Below are positions 9,472 to 19,432 of a stretch of DNA of 64,000 bases, one piece after another; position 1 is the stretch's first letter; every line of letters starts with the position of its first letter. The notes beneath the pieces were generated by a model. It saw only the letters and a program-made list of their open reading frames with translations. It was not told the DNA's origin and searched no databases. The DNA is taken from NCBI GenBank assembly GCA_963727525.1, contig CAVSGO010000007.1:1248001-1312000 (forward strand). Direction: 5' to 3'. The stretch comes from an uncultured bacterium (GTDB taxonomy: Bacteria; Krumholzibacteriota; Krumholzibacteriia; LZORAL124-64-63). The position numbers and the translations under genes are program-made.

Positions 9472-10878
9472 TCAGTCCTTTCCGCACGCCCAGGCGGCGC
9501 GAAACGCCATGATCACGAGGTCCATCTCATCCGGTGCGATCGTGCGCAGATCGACGCCCAGGCCTTGCTGGGAAATCCGACAGACCAGTGCGGGATCGCC
9601 GGTGCGTAGCGCCGCATGAGCCGCCTCGAGGTCGGCCTTCGGCCCCTCCCAGAGCAGTAGGCGCGTGGGAACTTCCGCATCGCTGAACGAACCGCCGCCC
9701 ACGCTCGCCACGTCGGCCGCGACGCGCGCCTGCCAGCCCGACGGAGCGTGCGGCTGCAACGCGTCGGCAAGTCCCTGCGCGGCCGCGGCCAGTTCCTCCT
9801 CGCCACGCCCCAGAGCGGCCAGCGTCGGGAGCGCCGGCGTCGCCTCGGCTTCGAGGTACAGCGTCAGCACCGCGTCGAGTGCCGCCAGCGTGGTCTTGTC
9901 GACGCGCAACGCCCGCCGCAGCGGGTGTTGCCGCAACCCGGCGATGAGGGCCGCGCTGCCCAGGATCAGCCCGGCCTGGCAACCGCCCAGCAGCTTGTCG
10001 CCGCTGCAGGTCACGAGGTCGGCACCGGTCGCCACGTCGTCGGTCAGCGTCGGTTCGTCGGGCAACCCGAAGCGCGCGAAATCGACGAGCGCGCCACTGC
10101 CCGCATCGTAGATGAGCCGAGCCTCGCGTCGCCGGCACAGGGCCGCCAGCTCGGCCAGCGGCACCTCCTCGGTGAAGCCCGTCACCGCGAAGTTGCTGCG
10201 GTGCACCTTGAGCACGACGGCGCCGGGCGTGAGCGCCTTCTCGTAGTCCGCGAGACCCGTGCGGTTGGTCGTGCCCACCTCCACGAGGCGACAGCCCGTC
10301 TCGGCGAGGATCTCGTGCATGCGGAAGCTGCCGCCGATGGCGACCACCTCGCCGCGCGAGAGCACGAGCGGCCCACCCTGGGTGAGGTAGCGGGTGGCCA
10401 GCCACACCGCCGCGGCGTTGTTGTTGAGGACGAGCGCATCCCCGGCTCCGGCCAGGAGCGCCGCCTTCTCCTCCACCTTGCGCCCGCGATGGCCGCGCGC
10501 GTTCGTCGCCAGGACGAACTCGAGGTCGCATCCGTGGCGCGCCGCCTGCGCCATCATCGCGACGGCCTGGTCGGGGTACGGCGAGCGGCCCAGGTTGGTG
10601 TGCACGACCACGCCCGTACCGTTGATCACACGCCGCAGCGCTGGCTGCAGCAGGCGCGCATGCTCGCCGCGCACCCGCGCCACCGCCTCGCGCACCAGGC
10701 CGTCGCGATCGCTCACGGCGAGGTCGCCGCGCACCAGTTCCCGGCGCAGACGGTCGACCACGCGCTGGACGACGCGCGTCATCCAGGTGCGGCGTTGCCC
10801 CGCCGCCAGGGGCGCCACGTCGGGATGCTCGAGCAGGGCTCCCACGGGAGGCAGCTCGCGCAGCAAGGGTTGGGACAT
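9472..10878 (-). CDS. selA: L-seryl-tRNA(Sec) selenium transferase
   Basis: VINGTGVVVHTNLGRS, NNNAAA, IGGSFR, EVGTTNRT, SGDKLLGG (PLP lysine), RALRVDK. Confidence 0.95.
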   Translation of the reverse strand: MSQPLLRELPPVGALLEHPDVAPLAAGQRRTWMTRVVQRVVDRLRRELVRGDLAVSDRDGLVREAVARVRGEHARLLQPALRRVINGTGVVVHTNLGRSPYPDQAVAMMAQAARHGCDLEFVLATNARGHRGRKVEEKAALLAGAGDALVLNNNAAAVWLATRYLTQGGPLVLSRGEVVAIGGSFRMHEILAETGCRLVEVGTTNRTGLADYEKALTPGAVVLKVHRSNFAVTGFTEEVPLAELAALCRRREARLIYDAGSGALVDFARFGLPDEPTLTDDVATGADLVTCSGDKLLGGCQAGLILGSAALIAGLRQHPLRRALRVDKTTLAALDAVLTLYLEAEATPALPTLAALGRGEEELAAAAQGLADALQPHAPSGWQARVAADVASVGGGSFSDAEVPTRLLLWEGPKADLEAAHAALRTGDPALVCRISQQGLGVDLRTIAPDEMDLVIMAFRAAWACGKD

Positions 10879-11018
10879 CGAGTTGACCTCGTCCGGCGTG
10901 AGTGGATCGTGGCCGCAAAAGGTACCAGACACTCCCCCGGTTGTCCAGGCGACCGCATGGGTGTTGCCAGACCCCGGCAACCCTTGGTAGGTTGCACGAA
11001 GCCACGGAGGTCATACAC

Positions 11019-13202
11019 TTGAAGATACGTCGCTTACGACTCCTGCTGCCGTCTGCGCTGGCCGGCACGGTCGCCATCCTCGCCTGCGGGGGGCCTCCCC
11101 GGCCCGCCGTCACGCCCGTCCCCGGCTTCGACCGCCTGGCTCTGGCCGTCGGCGACCGCGATTTCACCCCCCTCGCTGGCCGTCGCATCCTGCTGGATCC
11201 CGGCCACGGCGGCAAGTACCGCGGCGCCATCGGACCGTCCGGACTCGCCGAGGCCGACGTCAACCTGGGCGTGGCTCTCTACCTGCGCGGTCTGCTCGAG
11301 TGGGCGGGTGCCACCGTCTTCATGACCCGTACCGCCGATCATGACCTGCTCACCTCCGCCGACAGCACCCTCGCGTCGGACCTCCAGGCCCGCGTCACCA
11401 TGGCCGATTCCCTGCGACCCGATGTGTTCCTGTCGATCCACCACAACAGCACAGCCTCGCGCGATCCCCGGGTGAACGAGACGCAGACCTACTACCCCAC
11501 CGGTCGCGAGGGCGCCGACCTCGACCTCGCCCGCTGCATCCACGAGCACCTCGTGGAAGCGCTCGACATCGCGCCCGCGCGCATCATGGCCGGGAACTTC
11601 CACGTGCTGCGCGAGGCGCCGGTACCCGCGGTGCTGGGCGAACCGGCCATGATCAGCAATCCGGTGATCGAGGGCCGCCTCACCCTCGCGGCGAGCCAGG
11701 ATCTGGAGGCCAAGGCGTACTTCCTCGGACTCCTCGAGTACTTCGCCGGCGGCGCCCCGCATCTGTTCGCCGATCAGCCCGACACCGCCGCGGCCGGCCC
11801 CCTGCGCTGGCGCTTCGCAGCGGGGCGCGAAGGCGACCCGGCCCTCGATCCGGCCAGCCTCACGCTGTTGCTCGACGGCGCACGCACCGACCCCACACTG
11901 GGCGCCGACGCCGTCGCGATCACCTGGTCGCCGCCGCCCGATCTGGCGCCGGGCGACCACGTGGTGACGTTGAGGGCCCGCAATCTGCGCGGACGCGCCG
12001 CCCCCGACGCGGTGACGATCCTGGCCTGGCGTCCACGGCACCTGGAGATCGCGTCCGCCTTCGCCCCGGCCACCGGCCAGACGCTGGTGCGCATCGCCGG
12101 CCTCGACCTGCCGCAGTCGCGCGCGCTGGTGACGTATCAGTGGCATCCCTGGCCAGCGACGACGTCGCGCGACACGCTACCCTCGCCATGGCGCTGGCAG
12201 CCTCTGCGGGCACCGACGACGGCGTGGCCCGCGGACTTCGTCCCGGGCGGCCAATGGCGCGCCCGCCTCGATTCGGCGCTCATCACCCTCGACCCGACGC
12301 TGGTGCGCACCGATGCGCCCGCCGTGCCCGTGCTGCCGGGCGCATCGTTGTGGTTGGAAGCGGACGGTGCTCTGCCACTGGTCGCCGCGTCGCCGGACAC
12401 CGCGACCCTCGCCTGGGAACCCCTGCTCCCCGCCTGCCTGGGCAAGCACGTGGTGATCGACCCCCGTGGTGGCGGCGGCGACGAGCAGGGCCGCGGCAAG
12501 CTCGGCACCCGCGGCAGCGACGTGAACCTCGCCGTGGCCCAGCGCCTCGCCGCCTTGCTGCGCGGCGTCGGCTGCACGGTGACGCTCGCCCGGAGCGCGG
12601 AGACCTGGTGGCCCGACGAGGTGAAGGTGCAGCGCGCGAACGATGCCCATGCCGACCTCTACCTCGCCCTCGCCCGCGGCGACACCCTCGCCGCCATCCA
12701 CCATCCCGGCAGCGGGGCCGGGCGCGCGCTGGCCGCACGCGTCGCCCAGCTCACCGGCGCACAGGTGCGCGAGGGCTGGGACTACGTGCTGCGGCACACG
12801 GCCTGTCCGGCGCTCATCATCGATCTGGAACCGGTGACCGGCGACGAGAAGCGACTCACCGATCCGGCCCTTCAGAACGCGCGCGCCCGCAGTATGCTGC
12901 TGGCCATCGCGGCCGCCTGGGACGGCGACGGCGTGCTCACATCGGCCGTCTCGCTCCCGGCCCTCCTCGCCGCCATGGGCATCGATACCGCCACCGTCGA
13001 CTGGGTCCGCTGGGACGGCAACCTCGACTGGATCCCGCCGTCCCGTGGCCTCCAGGAGACCGACGCCGTATCGTTAACGCTACCGGCGCGCGGGCCGCGG
13101 CACATGCTCGAGGTCCACCAGGGAGCGCGGTGGCGACTCTTCACGCTCGTGCGCACCGATGCCGGCGCCTGGCAGCCCAGGCTCGTGTTCCACGGTCCGT
13201 AG
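11019..13202 (+). CDS. N-acetylmuramoyl-L-alanine amidase lipoprotein with two Amidase_3-like domains
   Basis: GGAGG then TTG start; lipobox-like ILAC; domain 1 has LDPGHGG, EADVNL, SIHHN, VLGE; domain 2 is degenerate. Confidence 0.85.
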   Translation: MKIRRLRLLLPSALAGTVAILACGGPPRPAVTPVPGFDRLALAVGDRDFTPLAGRRILLDPGHGGKYRGAIGPSGLAEADVNLGVALYLRGLLEWAGATVFMTRTADHDLLTSADSTLASDLQARVTMADSLRPDVFLSIHHNSTASRDPRVNETQTYYPTGREGADLDLARCIHEHLVEALDIAPARIMAGNFHVLREAPVPAVLGEPAMISNPVIEGRLTLAASQDLEAKAYFLGLLEYFAGGAPHLFADQPDTAAAGPLRWRFAAGREGDPALDPASLTLLLDGARTDPTLGADAVAITWSPPPDLAPGDHVVTLRARNLRGRAAPDAVTILAWRPRHLEIASAFAPATGQTLVRIAGLDLPQSRALVTYQWHPWPATTSRDTLPSPWRWQPLRAPTTAWPADFVPGGQWRARLDSALITLDPTLVRTDAPAVPVLPGASLWLEADGALPLVAASPDTATLAWEPLLPACLGKHVVIDPRGGGGDEQGRGKLGTRGSDVNLAVAQRLAALLRGVGCTVTLARSAETWWPDEVKVQRANDAHADLYLALARGDTLAAIHHPGSGAGRALAARVAQLTGAQVREGWDYVLRHTACPALIIDLEPVTGDEKRLTDPALQNARARSMLLAIAAAWDGDGVLTSAVSLPALLAAMGIDTATVDWVRWDGNLDWIPPSRGLQETDAVSLTLPARGPRHMLEVHQGARWRLFTLVRTDAGAWQPRLVFHGP

Positions 13203-13219
13203 GAGAAGCCTTGTCGACC

Positions 13220-13969
13220 ATGCGTCCCGCCGCGAAGTCGCCGCACACCTTGATCTCTCCGACCAGCATCGCTGATCGGGCGCGCAGCGGCCGCCGTCTC
13301 GGTTGGGCGTTGCTCGGCGCCGTCGCCCTGCTCCTGATCCTGGTGTGGCTGGGACCGAGCGGGCGCGAGATCGACAAGCGATTCACGCCCTACGGCGCCG
13401 AAGGCCCCCTGAATATCATGCCCGAGATCTCCATCGACGATGGCCGCGACGCCGCGCACCAACTCCCTCGCCTCTCCCCCAACCGACCCGCGCCGAGCTA
13501 CGAGATCGAACCGGACACGCAGGATCCCCTGGCCGAGAAGTCCCGCCCCAAGCCCAGGGTCGAAACCCCGATCCAGGCGACGTCGACCGAGACGGAACCC
13601 GAGGTCAACCCCGACGAGGCGGTGGTCGTCGATGGCGCCGGCTCGGTGGAACTGCTCCTGCCGCGCCAGACGGCCGATCAGAGCTTCATCATCAAGAAGA
13701 TGGTGCGGCCGCTGTATCCGGTGGACGCCACGGAGGACGAGCGCCGTACGCCCATCATCACGGTGACAGCGGCCATCTTCCTGAACGCCGACGGCACGAT
13801 CGGCGCTGTCATGATCACGCACTCCGACGGCAGCGACACCTTTGACGCCGTCGTGCGGGAAGCTCTGACGCACTGGGTCTTCGAACCCGTGATGAAGAAC
13901 GGCCAGCCCCCGCAGCCGCGCTGGCTCGAGATGAGCTGGCGTTTCCGTAGCCCCTACCATACCGGCTAG
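13220..13969 (+). CDS. TonB C-terminal domain protein
   Basis: N-terminal TM segment, Pro/Glu-rich linker, VRPLYP...FDAVVREALTHWVFEP. Confidence 0.75.
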   Translation: MRPAAKSPHTLISPTSIADRARSGRRLGWALLGAVALLLILVWLGPSGREIDKRFTPYGAEGPLNIMPEISIDDGRDAAHQLPRLSPNRPAPSYEIEPDTQDPLAEKSRPKPRVETPIQATSTETEPEVNPDEAVVVDGAGSVELLLPRQTADQSFIIKKMVRPLYPVDATEDERRTPIITVTAAIFLNADGTIGAVMITHSDGSDTFDAVVREALTHWVFEPVMKNGQPPQPRWLEMSWRFRSPYHTG

Positions 13970-15780
13970 TGCAGGATCTCGGTGTCGCTTTCCTCTGGCG
14001 GCTCCGGCTCGACGACGAGCGTGTCCGGTGCAGCGAACGGTGCCATGGCGAGGCTATCGGAGGTGGCATCGAAGAGAAACTCCGGGAACGGCACCCAGTG
14101 GCCGTTGCGCGCGAGGCGCACGGTGGCGGCCAGGCTCCCGCTGTCCTCGGCGGCCACCTCGGCGCCGGGCATGCGATCACGCAGGGCGGCCAGCAGCAGA
14201 TCGCGTCGGCGCAGGCCGGTGGTGTCGATCGTGTCCAGCACGAGCCTGGTGGCCAGGTAGGCCCGCTGCGCCAGCGGCGTGGCATCTTCCGGGTAGTTCG
14301 CAGGATTCCAGCGCGCGCGGAAATCGGCCGACCAGGTCTCGGGGTAGATGATCTCGTCGGCGGCGCATAGCGCGTCCTCCATCACGGTGCCGGCGCCGCG
14401 CAACAGCTTGGGCGCCATCCACGTGCTCGGTCCCATGAGCAGCGCGCCGACATGGTAGAAGTCGATCTGCGGTCCGAGCAACAGCATCTGATCCACCGTG
14501 GCGGGCACATAGAGCACCTCGGGGTGCGCGGCGCGAATCTCGCGCAACGCGCTGTGGAAATCCGTGGCCGCAGGATCGATGGTCCGCGAGACGACCAACG
14601 CACCGCCAAGCTCCGCGACCGCGGTCTGGAACGCGTCGGCCAGAGCCTCGCCCTCCGGCGACTGCGGGTAGAGCACGGCGAAGCGCTGTTTCATGAGCAC
14701 ACGCACAGCCAGACTCGCCAGCAGCCGCGCCTCGAGCGGTCCGGTGAGGTTGGTCTGCAGGATGTGCGGACCGAGCCTGCCCAGGCGATTGTTCGTGGCC
14801 GTGGGCGACACTTGCGGCAAACCGCAATACCCCGTGACGACCGCAGCACTGGCCGTGGTGGCGGAGAGCAGGCCGCCCACCACAGCCACGCAGGCGGGAT
14901 CGTCGCAGAGCTTGCGGGCCGCGAGCGCGCCGAGCACCGGGTCACCCCCGGTATCCTCCACGCGCAAGGTGATCGCCTGCTGGCTGTCCGGATCCACCGC
15001 CGCCAGCGCGAGGCGCGCGCCCTCGTAGAATGCGTTGCCGAGCGACGCATAGCGGTCGGTCAGCGGGCAGATCACACCCACCTTCACCGCCACGCGGCCA
15101 CCGACGGCGCCAGTGAGCTGCTGCTGGACCGCCTGCAGCGCCGGACCGGTGACGCCCGTCTGCATGAGATCACCGACCACGGCCTCGGCGCCGGCGCGGT
15201 CGCCGCCCTCCAGACGCACCACCACCACCCGCTGGGCGGCCAGCGACCAGAGGTCGAGGCCACGGGTGTGCTGGTAGAGCTGTTCCGCCGCGGCGGCGTT
15301 CAGGCGCGCGATGTCGCGCGTCACACTGTCGGCGAGAGCGGTACCACCCTCCAGCGCATGCCGCCGCATATCCATCTCGACGGCGGCCGCCGGCATCCCC
15401 GCGGCACGCGCCGCGGCCGCCGCGTCCGCGAACACGCCCGGGAGTTGCGGGCTGGCCGGCGCCACGGCGGCGAGATCGCGCGCCAGGCTCACGGCCGTGG
15501 TGCCGTCGCCGAGCCGGCGGGCTGAGCCGACCATGAGCGCCACGGCCTCGTCGCGACGCGCATAATCGGGCGCAGCCGCCAGGAGACGTCGTCCGTAGCC
15601 GAGGGCCTGGCGATCGCGCGCGAGCGCATGCTCGCGCGCGAGCTGGGCGAAGAGGCGGTCTGCGGCCTCGGGCTGGGAACCGGGCGGCGCGGCCGGTCGC
15701 GACCCGCCACAACCCACCACGACCAGCACGCACACGGCGAGGCTCAACGCCCCGGCTACTGAAGCGATGGATCGGCTCAT
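13966..15780 (-). CDS. Lipoprotein with a helical/TPR-like N-terminus and a type-I periplasmic binding domain (LpoA/LivK-like)
   Basis: Lipobox VVGC; KVGVICPLTDRYASLG, VEDTGGDP, VSPTAT, DFHSALREI. Confidence 0.75.
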   Translation of the reverse strand: MSRSIASVAGALSLAVCVLVVVGCGGSRPAAPPGSQPEAADRLFAQLAREHALARDRQALGYGRRLLAAAPDYARRDEAVALMVGSARRLGDGTTAVSLARDLAAVAPASPQLPGVFADAAAAARAAGMPAAAVEMDMRRHALEGGTALADSVTRDIARLNAAAAEQLYQHTRGLDLWSLAAQRVVVVRLEGGDRAGAEAVVGDLMQTGVTGPALQAVQQQLTGAVGGRVAVKVGVICPLTDRYASLGNAFYEGARLALAAVDPDSQQAITLRVEDTGGDPVLGALAARKLCDDPACVAVVGGLLSATTASAAVVTGYCGLPQVSPTATNNRLGRLGPHILQTNLTGPLEARLLASLAVRVLMKQRFAVLYPQSPEGEALADAFQTAVAELGGALVVSRTIDPAATDFHSALREIRAAHPEVLYVPATVDQMLLLGPQIDFYHVGALLMGPSTWMAPKLLRGAGTVMEDALCAADEIIYPETWSADFRARWNPANYPEDATPLAQRAYLATRLVLDTIDTTGLRRRDLLLAALRDRMPGAEVAAEDSGSLAATVRLARNGHWVPFPEFLFDATSDSLAMAPFAAPDTLVVEPEPPEESDTEILH

Positions 15781-16226
15781 TCGCCCTCGTCCTCCTCGGA
15801 TGCGTCCGACTGCAGCGCGTCCAGGGGCAGCAGGCTGTCTTGCACCGCATCGAGCACCTTCGGCGCCAGGAAGATCGGCGCCCCCGTCCGCAGGGCGCAG
15901 GCGATGCAGTCGCTCGGACGCGCGTCGATGCCGACGACGTCGTGGTCGCGGGCCAGGTACAGCTTGGCGAAGTAGGTGCCGTCGCGCTGGTCGTTGATGA
16001 CGATCCTGTCGAGCCGGCCGCCCAAGCCGTCGACGACCATGCACATCAGGTCGTGGGTGAGCGGACGCTGGAACTTCTCTCCGCGCAAGGCAAGGGCGAT
16101 GCTCGCGGCCTCGGACGGACCGATCCAGATGGGCAGAAACTTCTGCACCGTCGGCACGAGCAGCAGCACCACGGGGCTTTGCGTGCGCTCGTCGAGCGAC
16201 ATGCCGGCCACGCGCACGCGAATCAT
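15777..16226 (-). CDS. Bifunctional nuclease family protein (DUF151)
   Basis: LPIWIG, RPLTHDL, DARPSDCIA. Confidence 0.9.
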   Translation of the reverse strand: MIRVRVAGMSLDERTQSPVVLLLVPTVQKFLPIWIGPSEAASIALALRGEKFQRPLTHDLMCMVVDGLGGRLDRIVINDQRDGTYFAKLYLARDHDVVGIDARPSDCIACALRTGAPIFLAPKVLDAVQDSLLPLDALQSDASEEDEGE

Positions 16227-16230
16227 GTCC

Positions 16231-16626
16231 CTACTCCACCGTGAAGGACATGGTCTTCAGCACGTTGCCGGCGGCGTCGAGGACCTGCACTTCCCAATTG
16301 CCGGTCCAGGCCGGCAGCAGCGTCTTCGACGACACGGTACGCCAATCGCTCGATGCCACCGCGAGCGTGACCTTGGCCATGGTCTTGCCCTCGTGATACC
16401 AGGCGTGGGTGATCTCGGTCGGCGTCGTCGCACCGGTGAGGCGCGTGGCGCAGAAGATATGCTCGGTGCCGGCCGGGAAGGTCGTGGCCTCGCCCACGAC
16501 TTGCCGCTGGGCGTAGTCGTATCCGGTGCCGAACGCCATGTCGGCCACCGCGAGCGTGGTTTCGGTCTGGGCCAGAGCACACGAGGCACCGATCAAGAGA
16601 CAGGCGACGGCAAGAACCTTGACCAT
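16231..16626 (-). CDS. DUF2914-like exported protein
   Basis: Signal peptide; HAWYHEG, WRTVSSK, GNWEVQVLD. Confidence 0.75.
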   Translation of the reverse strand: MVKVLAVACLLIGASCALAQTETTLAVADMAFGTGYDYAQRQVVGEATTFPAGTEHIFCATRLTGATTPTEITHAWYHEGKTMAKVTLAVASSDWRTVSSKTLLPAWTGNWEVQVLDAAGNVLKTMSFTVE

Positions 16627-16679
16627 GGCTTCACTCCCGGTTCGGGTACCCCGGCAGTCTAACAAACGGCAGCCAGGTG

Positions 16680-17891
16680 TCAATTCGCCGAACGCAGATC
16701 CTCGACCGACTTCGGTTTCACGAAGTTGGGGCGGCTCATGTTGTCGATGATGTACTGCGCATCGGATGCGAATTCGCTGTCGGGATAGTCCGTCACGAGG
16801 CGCCGGAGCAGCCGCGTTGCGCGGAGCTGATCGCCCCAGGTGTCGAGTACGAGATTCGCCGCGAGGAACAGGGAATCATCGGCGCGGTCGCTTTGCGGAT
16901 AATCGTCGACGAGCATCGCCCACAGTTCCAGCTTTTGCGAGGCGTCGGCCGCCGCCTGCGCCCGCGCGAAGATCTCCTGCGGCGTCTGCCCCTTTCCCGG
17001 GCGGTAATCGCCGAAGTATTCGAGATCCGCGTTCTTGCGCGCATCGTCGTTCCAGGCATCGATGAGGGTTTGCTGGAAATCGGGCTTCATGTCGGCCAGC
17101 ACGCGATCGTACGCCTCATCCAGCGTCTGCGGCCGCCCGTATTGCCGCTCGAAGACCTTCACGACGTGCCAGTGATCATCGAACTTGATCGGCGGATTCA
17201 CGCCCACCTCGAAGTTCCAGATCGCCTTGGTGAACGCCTTGCTGTTCGGGATGCCGGGAATGAAACCGTCCTCGTTGAACCAGCCGAGGTCACCGTCCTT
17301 GTCCCGCGTCTTCTCGTCGATCGAGTAATCATGCACGATGTACGGAAACGGACGCTTGTCGGCCTTCGCCTCAGCGTACGCCTTGTCAGCCTTCTCCTTG
17401 GTCGCGCACTCGATATGCGCGGCGTGCATCGAGCCCAGGCGTTGATACTTGTCGCGGTGTCCGAGGAAGTATGCACGGATCTCCTCGATGCCGGGCTCCT
17501 TGCCCTTGACGACATCGTTGACGAGCGCCAGGTCCATCGCGTTGCGCCGCTGCGAGATGAGCACGCGGGCCACTGTCGGATCGTCCTGCAGGCGGCGCTT
17601 CTCCGCCTCCCTTACGCGCAGATAGGATGCGACCATCTCGCGCAGGAAGAGGCGCTTGCCGTCGTCGCCCGCGTAGCGTGCCTTGAGGTCCTTGTCGAGT
17701 TCCTCGTAGCGCATGTCGAGCATGTGCTGGGTGATGTCGTAGCCGTCCACGGTGGCGATCACGGGTGATGGATCCTTGGTGCCGTCCCCGAAGACGGCGC
17801 CGTCGAGCCGCGACGCCTCGCTCGAGCCCGCGCCCTGGCAACCGCCCATGCCGAGGGCGAACACGATCAGGGAGAGAGTCAGACCTTTCAT
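16680..17891 (-). CDS. PpiC-type peptidyl-prolyl isomerase lipoprotein with a C-terminal TPR-like region
   Basis: Lipobox-like GGC; AAHI, YSID, GDLGWF, WHVVKV; DYPQSDRADDSLF. Confidence 0.8.
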   Translation of the reverse strand: MKGLTLSLIVFALGMGGCQGAGSSEASRLDGAVFGDGTKDPSPVIATVDGYDITQHMLDMRYEELDKDLKARYAGDDGKRLFLREMVASYLRVREAEKRRLQDDPTVARVLISQRRNAMDLALVNDVVKGKEPGIEEIRAYFLGHRDKYQRLGSMHAAHIECATKEKADKAYAEAKADKRPFPYIVHDYSIDEKTRDKDGDLGWFNEDGFIPGIPNSKAFTKAIWNFEVGVNPPIKFDDHWHVVKVFERQYGRPQTLDEAYDRVLADMKPDFQQTLIDAWNDDARKNADLEYFGDYRPGKGQTPQEIFARAQAAADASQKLELWAMLVDDYPQSDRADDSLFLAANLVLDTWGDQLRATRLLRRLVTDYPDSEFASDAQYIIDNMSRPNFVKPKSVEDLRSAN

Positions 17892-17911
17892 CACGTGGAC
17901 ACTCCTGCCAG

Positions 17912-18991
17912 CTAGAGGAATTCGGATCGTCGGCCCGCCTCGAGCCGACCGATGACGTCCTTGAGACGCTGGTCGTCATCGCTACGGCACACGAGCAGCG
18001 CGTCACCGGTGTCCACCACGATGAGCCCCGCGACGCCCACCAGGGCCACCAGCTTCCCCGGGGCGTGGACCACGTTGCCGGTGCTCGCCACCGCCACGAG
18101 ATCGGCCAGGCCGCAATTGCCGTCCGTCAGCCGGGGTGCCAGTTCACCCCACGCCGACCAGCTCCCGAGATCGGACCAGCGATACCGTGCACGCACCACG
18201 GCGAAACGCGGCAGTTTCTCCATCAAGGCATAGTCGATCGAATCGGCCGGACAATCGGCATACGCCGATGCGAGCGCGGCCGCAAAACCCCTCGTACCCC
18301 AGGATGCGACGGCGTGTTCCAGGCGGGCGACCACCCCGGGAAGATGCTGCCGGGCCTGCGCTAGGAACGCGTCGGCTTCCCAAACGAAGATGCCGCTATT
18401 CCACAGATGCCGTCCGCCTGCCAGGTATGCCTCGGCGCGCGGACGGTCCGGCTTCTCGACGAAGGCCACACCGGGCAACACGTCGCCCCGCGCCGCTTGG
18501 GGATCGACCTCGAGATAGCCATATCCGGTTTCCGGACGCGTGGGCGGGATGCCGAAGGTGACAGCCTCGCGCGTGGCGGACGCGTGGTCGAACGCCGTCT
18601 CCAGTTGCTGGATGAAAACGTCGGGATCGGGGATGGCGTGATCGGCCGGCAACAGCGCGACGGGACCGGGGCCCCCGCACCGGGCGGCAATGCCGACACC
18701 GAGGATCGCGCAGGGCGCGGTGTTGCGCCCCACGGGCTCGCCGATGACATGGTCGGCCGGCAAATCGGGCAGGTCCTGGCGCACAGCCTCCGCGAGCACG
18801 GCGCTCGTGACCACCAGGACGCGTTCGGCCCCCACCAGGGGCGCCACGCGGTCGTAGGTCTGCCTCAGCAGGGACGTGTCCCCGGCGAGGGCTTGCAACT
18901 GCTTGGGTCGCTGCGTCCGGCTCAGCGGCCAGAACCGGGTACCCCGGCCACCGGCCATGATGACGCAGAACCTATTCGGTGCCGCCGACAT
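17912..18991 (-). CDS. manC: Mannose-1-phosphate guanylyltransferase
   Basis: MAGGRGTRFWPLSR..PKQ, EPVGRNTAP, PADH, FVEKP, WNSGIF, WSDLGSW. Confidence 0.92.
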   Translation of the reverse strand: MSAAPNRFCVIMAGGRGTRFWPLSRTQRPKQLQALAGDTSLLRQTYDRVAPLVGAERVLVVTSAVLAEAVRQDLPDLPADHVIGEPVGRNTAPCAILGVGIAARCGGPGPVALLPADHAIPDPDVFIQQLETAFDHASATREAVTFGIPPTRPETGYGYLEVDPQAARGDVLPGVAFVEKPDRPRAEAYLAGGRHLWNSGIFVWEADAFLAQARQHLPGVVARLEHAVASWGTRGFAAALASAYADCPADSIDYALMEKLPRFAVVRARYRWSDLGSWSAWGELAPRLTDGNCGLADLVAVASTGNVVHAPGKLVALVGVAGLIVVDTGDALLVCRSDDDQRLKDVIGRLEAGRRSEFL

Positions 18992-19424
18992 GGACCTTGA
19001 CGACGATCTCGACCTCGGGATGGAGTCGCACGGGGACCTCGTACTCGCCCACCTGCTTGATGGGTTCCACGAGTTGCACCTGGCGATGATCCAGCGCGAA
19101 GTTCTGCTTCGTGAGCGCGTCCGCAATGTCGCGCGCCGACACGGAGCCGTACAGGCGACCATCCTCGCCGGCTTTCGCGTCGAGCCGGACCGCCAGTTCC
19201 TTGCCCGCGTACTGCGCCTTGACGGCCTCCGCGGCGTCCTTTCGCTTCGAGTCGTGCTTGTTCTCGAGAACCATCTTCTCGGCAACCAGCTTCTGCGAGC
19301 CCTCGCTCGCCTCGACAGCGAGACCGTTGGGCACCAGGTAGTTGCGCGCGAACCCGCGGGCGACGGACACGGTCTGGCCCATCCGTCCCACGTTGTCCAC
19401 GTTCTTGAGCATGATCACTTGCAT
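18972..19424 (-). CDS. rplI: 50S ribosomal protein L9
   Basis: MQVIML...GFARNYLVP, GRLYGSV, VRLHPEV. Confidence 0.96.
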   Translation of the reverse strand: MQVIMLKNVDNVGRMGQTVSVARGFARNYLVPNGLAVEASEGSQKLVAEKMVLENKHDSKRKDAAEAVKAQYAGKELAVRLDAKAGEDGRLYGSVSARDIADALTKQNFALDHRQVQLVEPIKQVGEYEVPVRLHPEVEIVVKVHVGGTE

Positions 19425-19432
19425 CTCGCACC

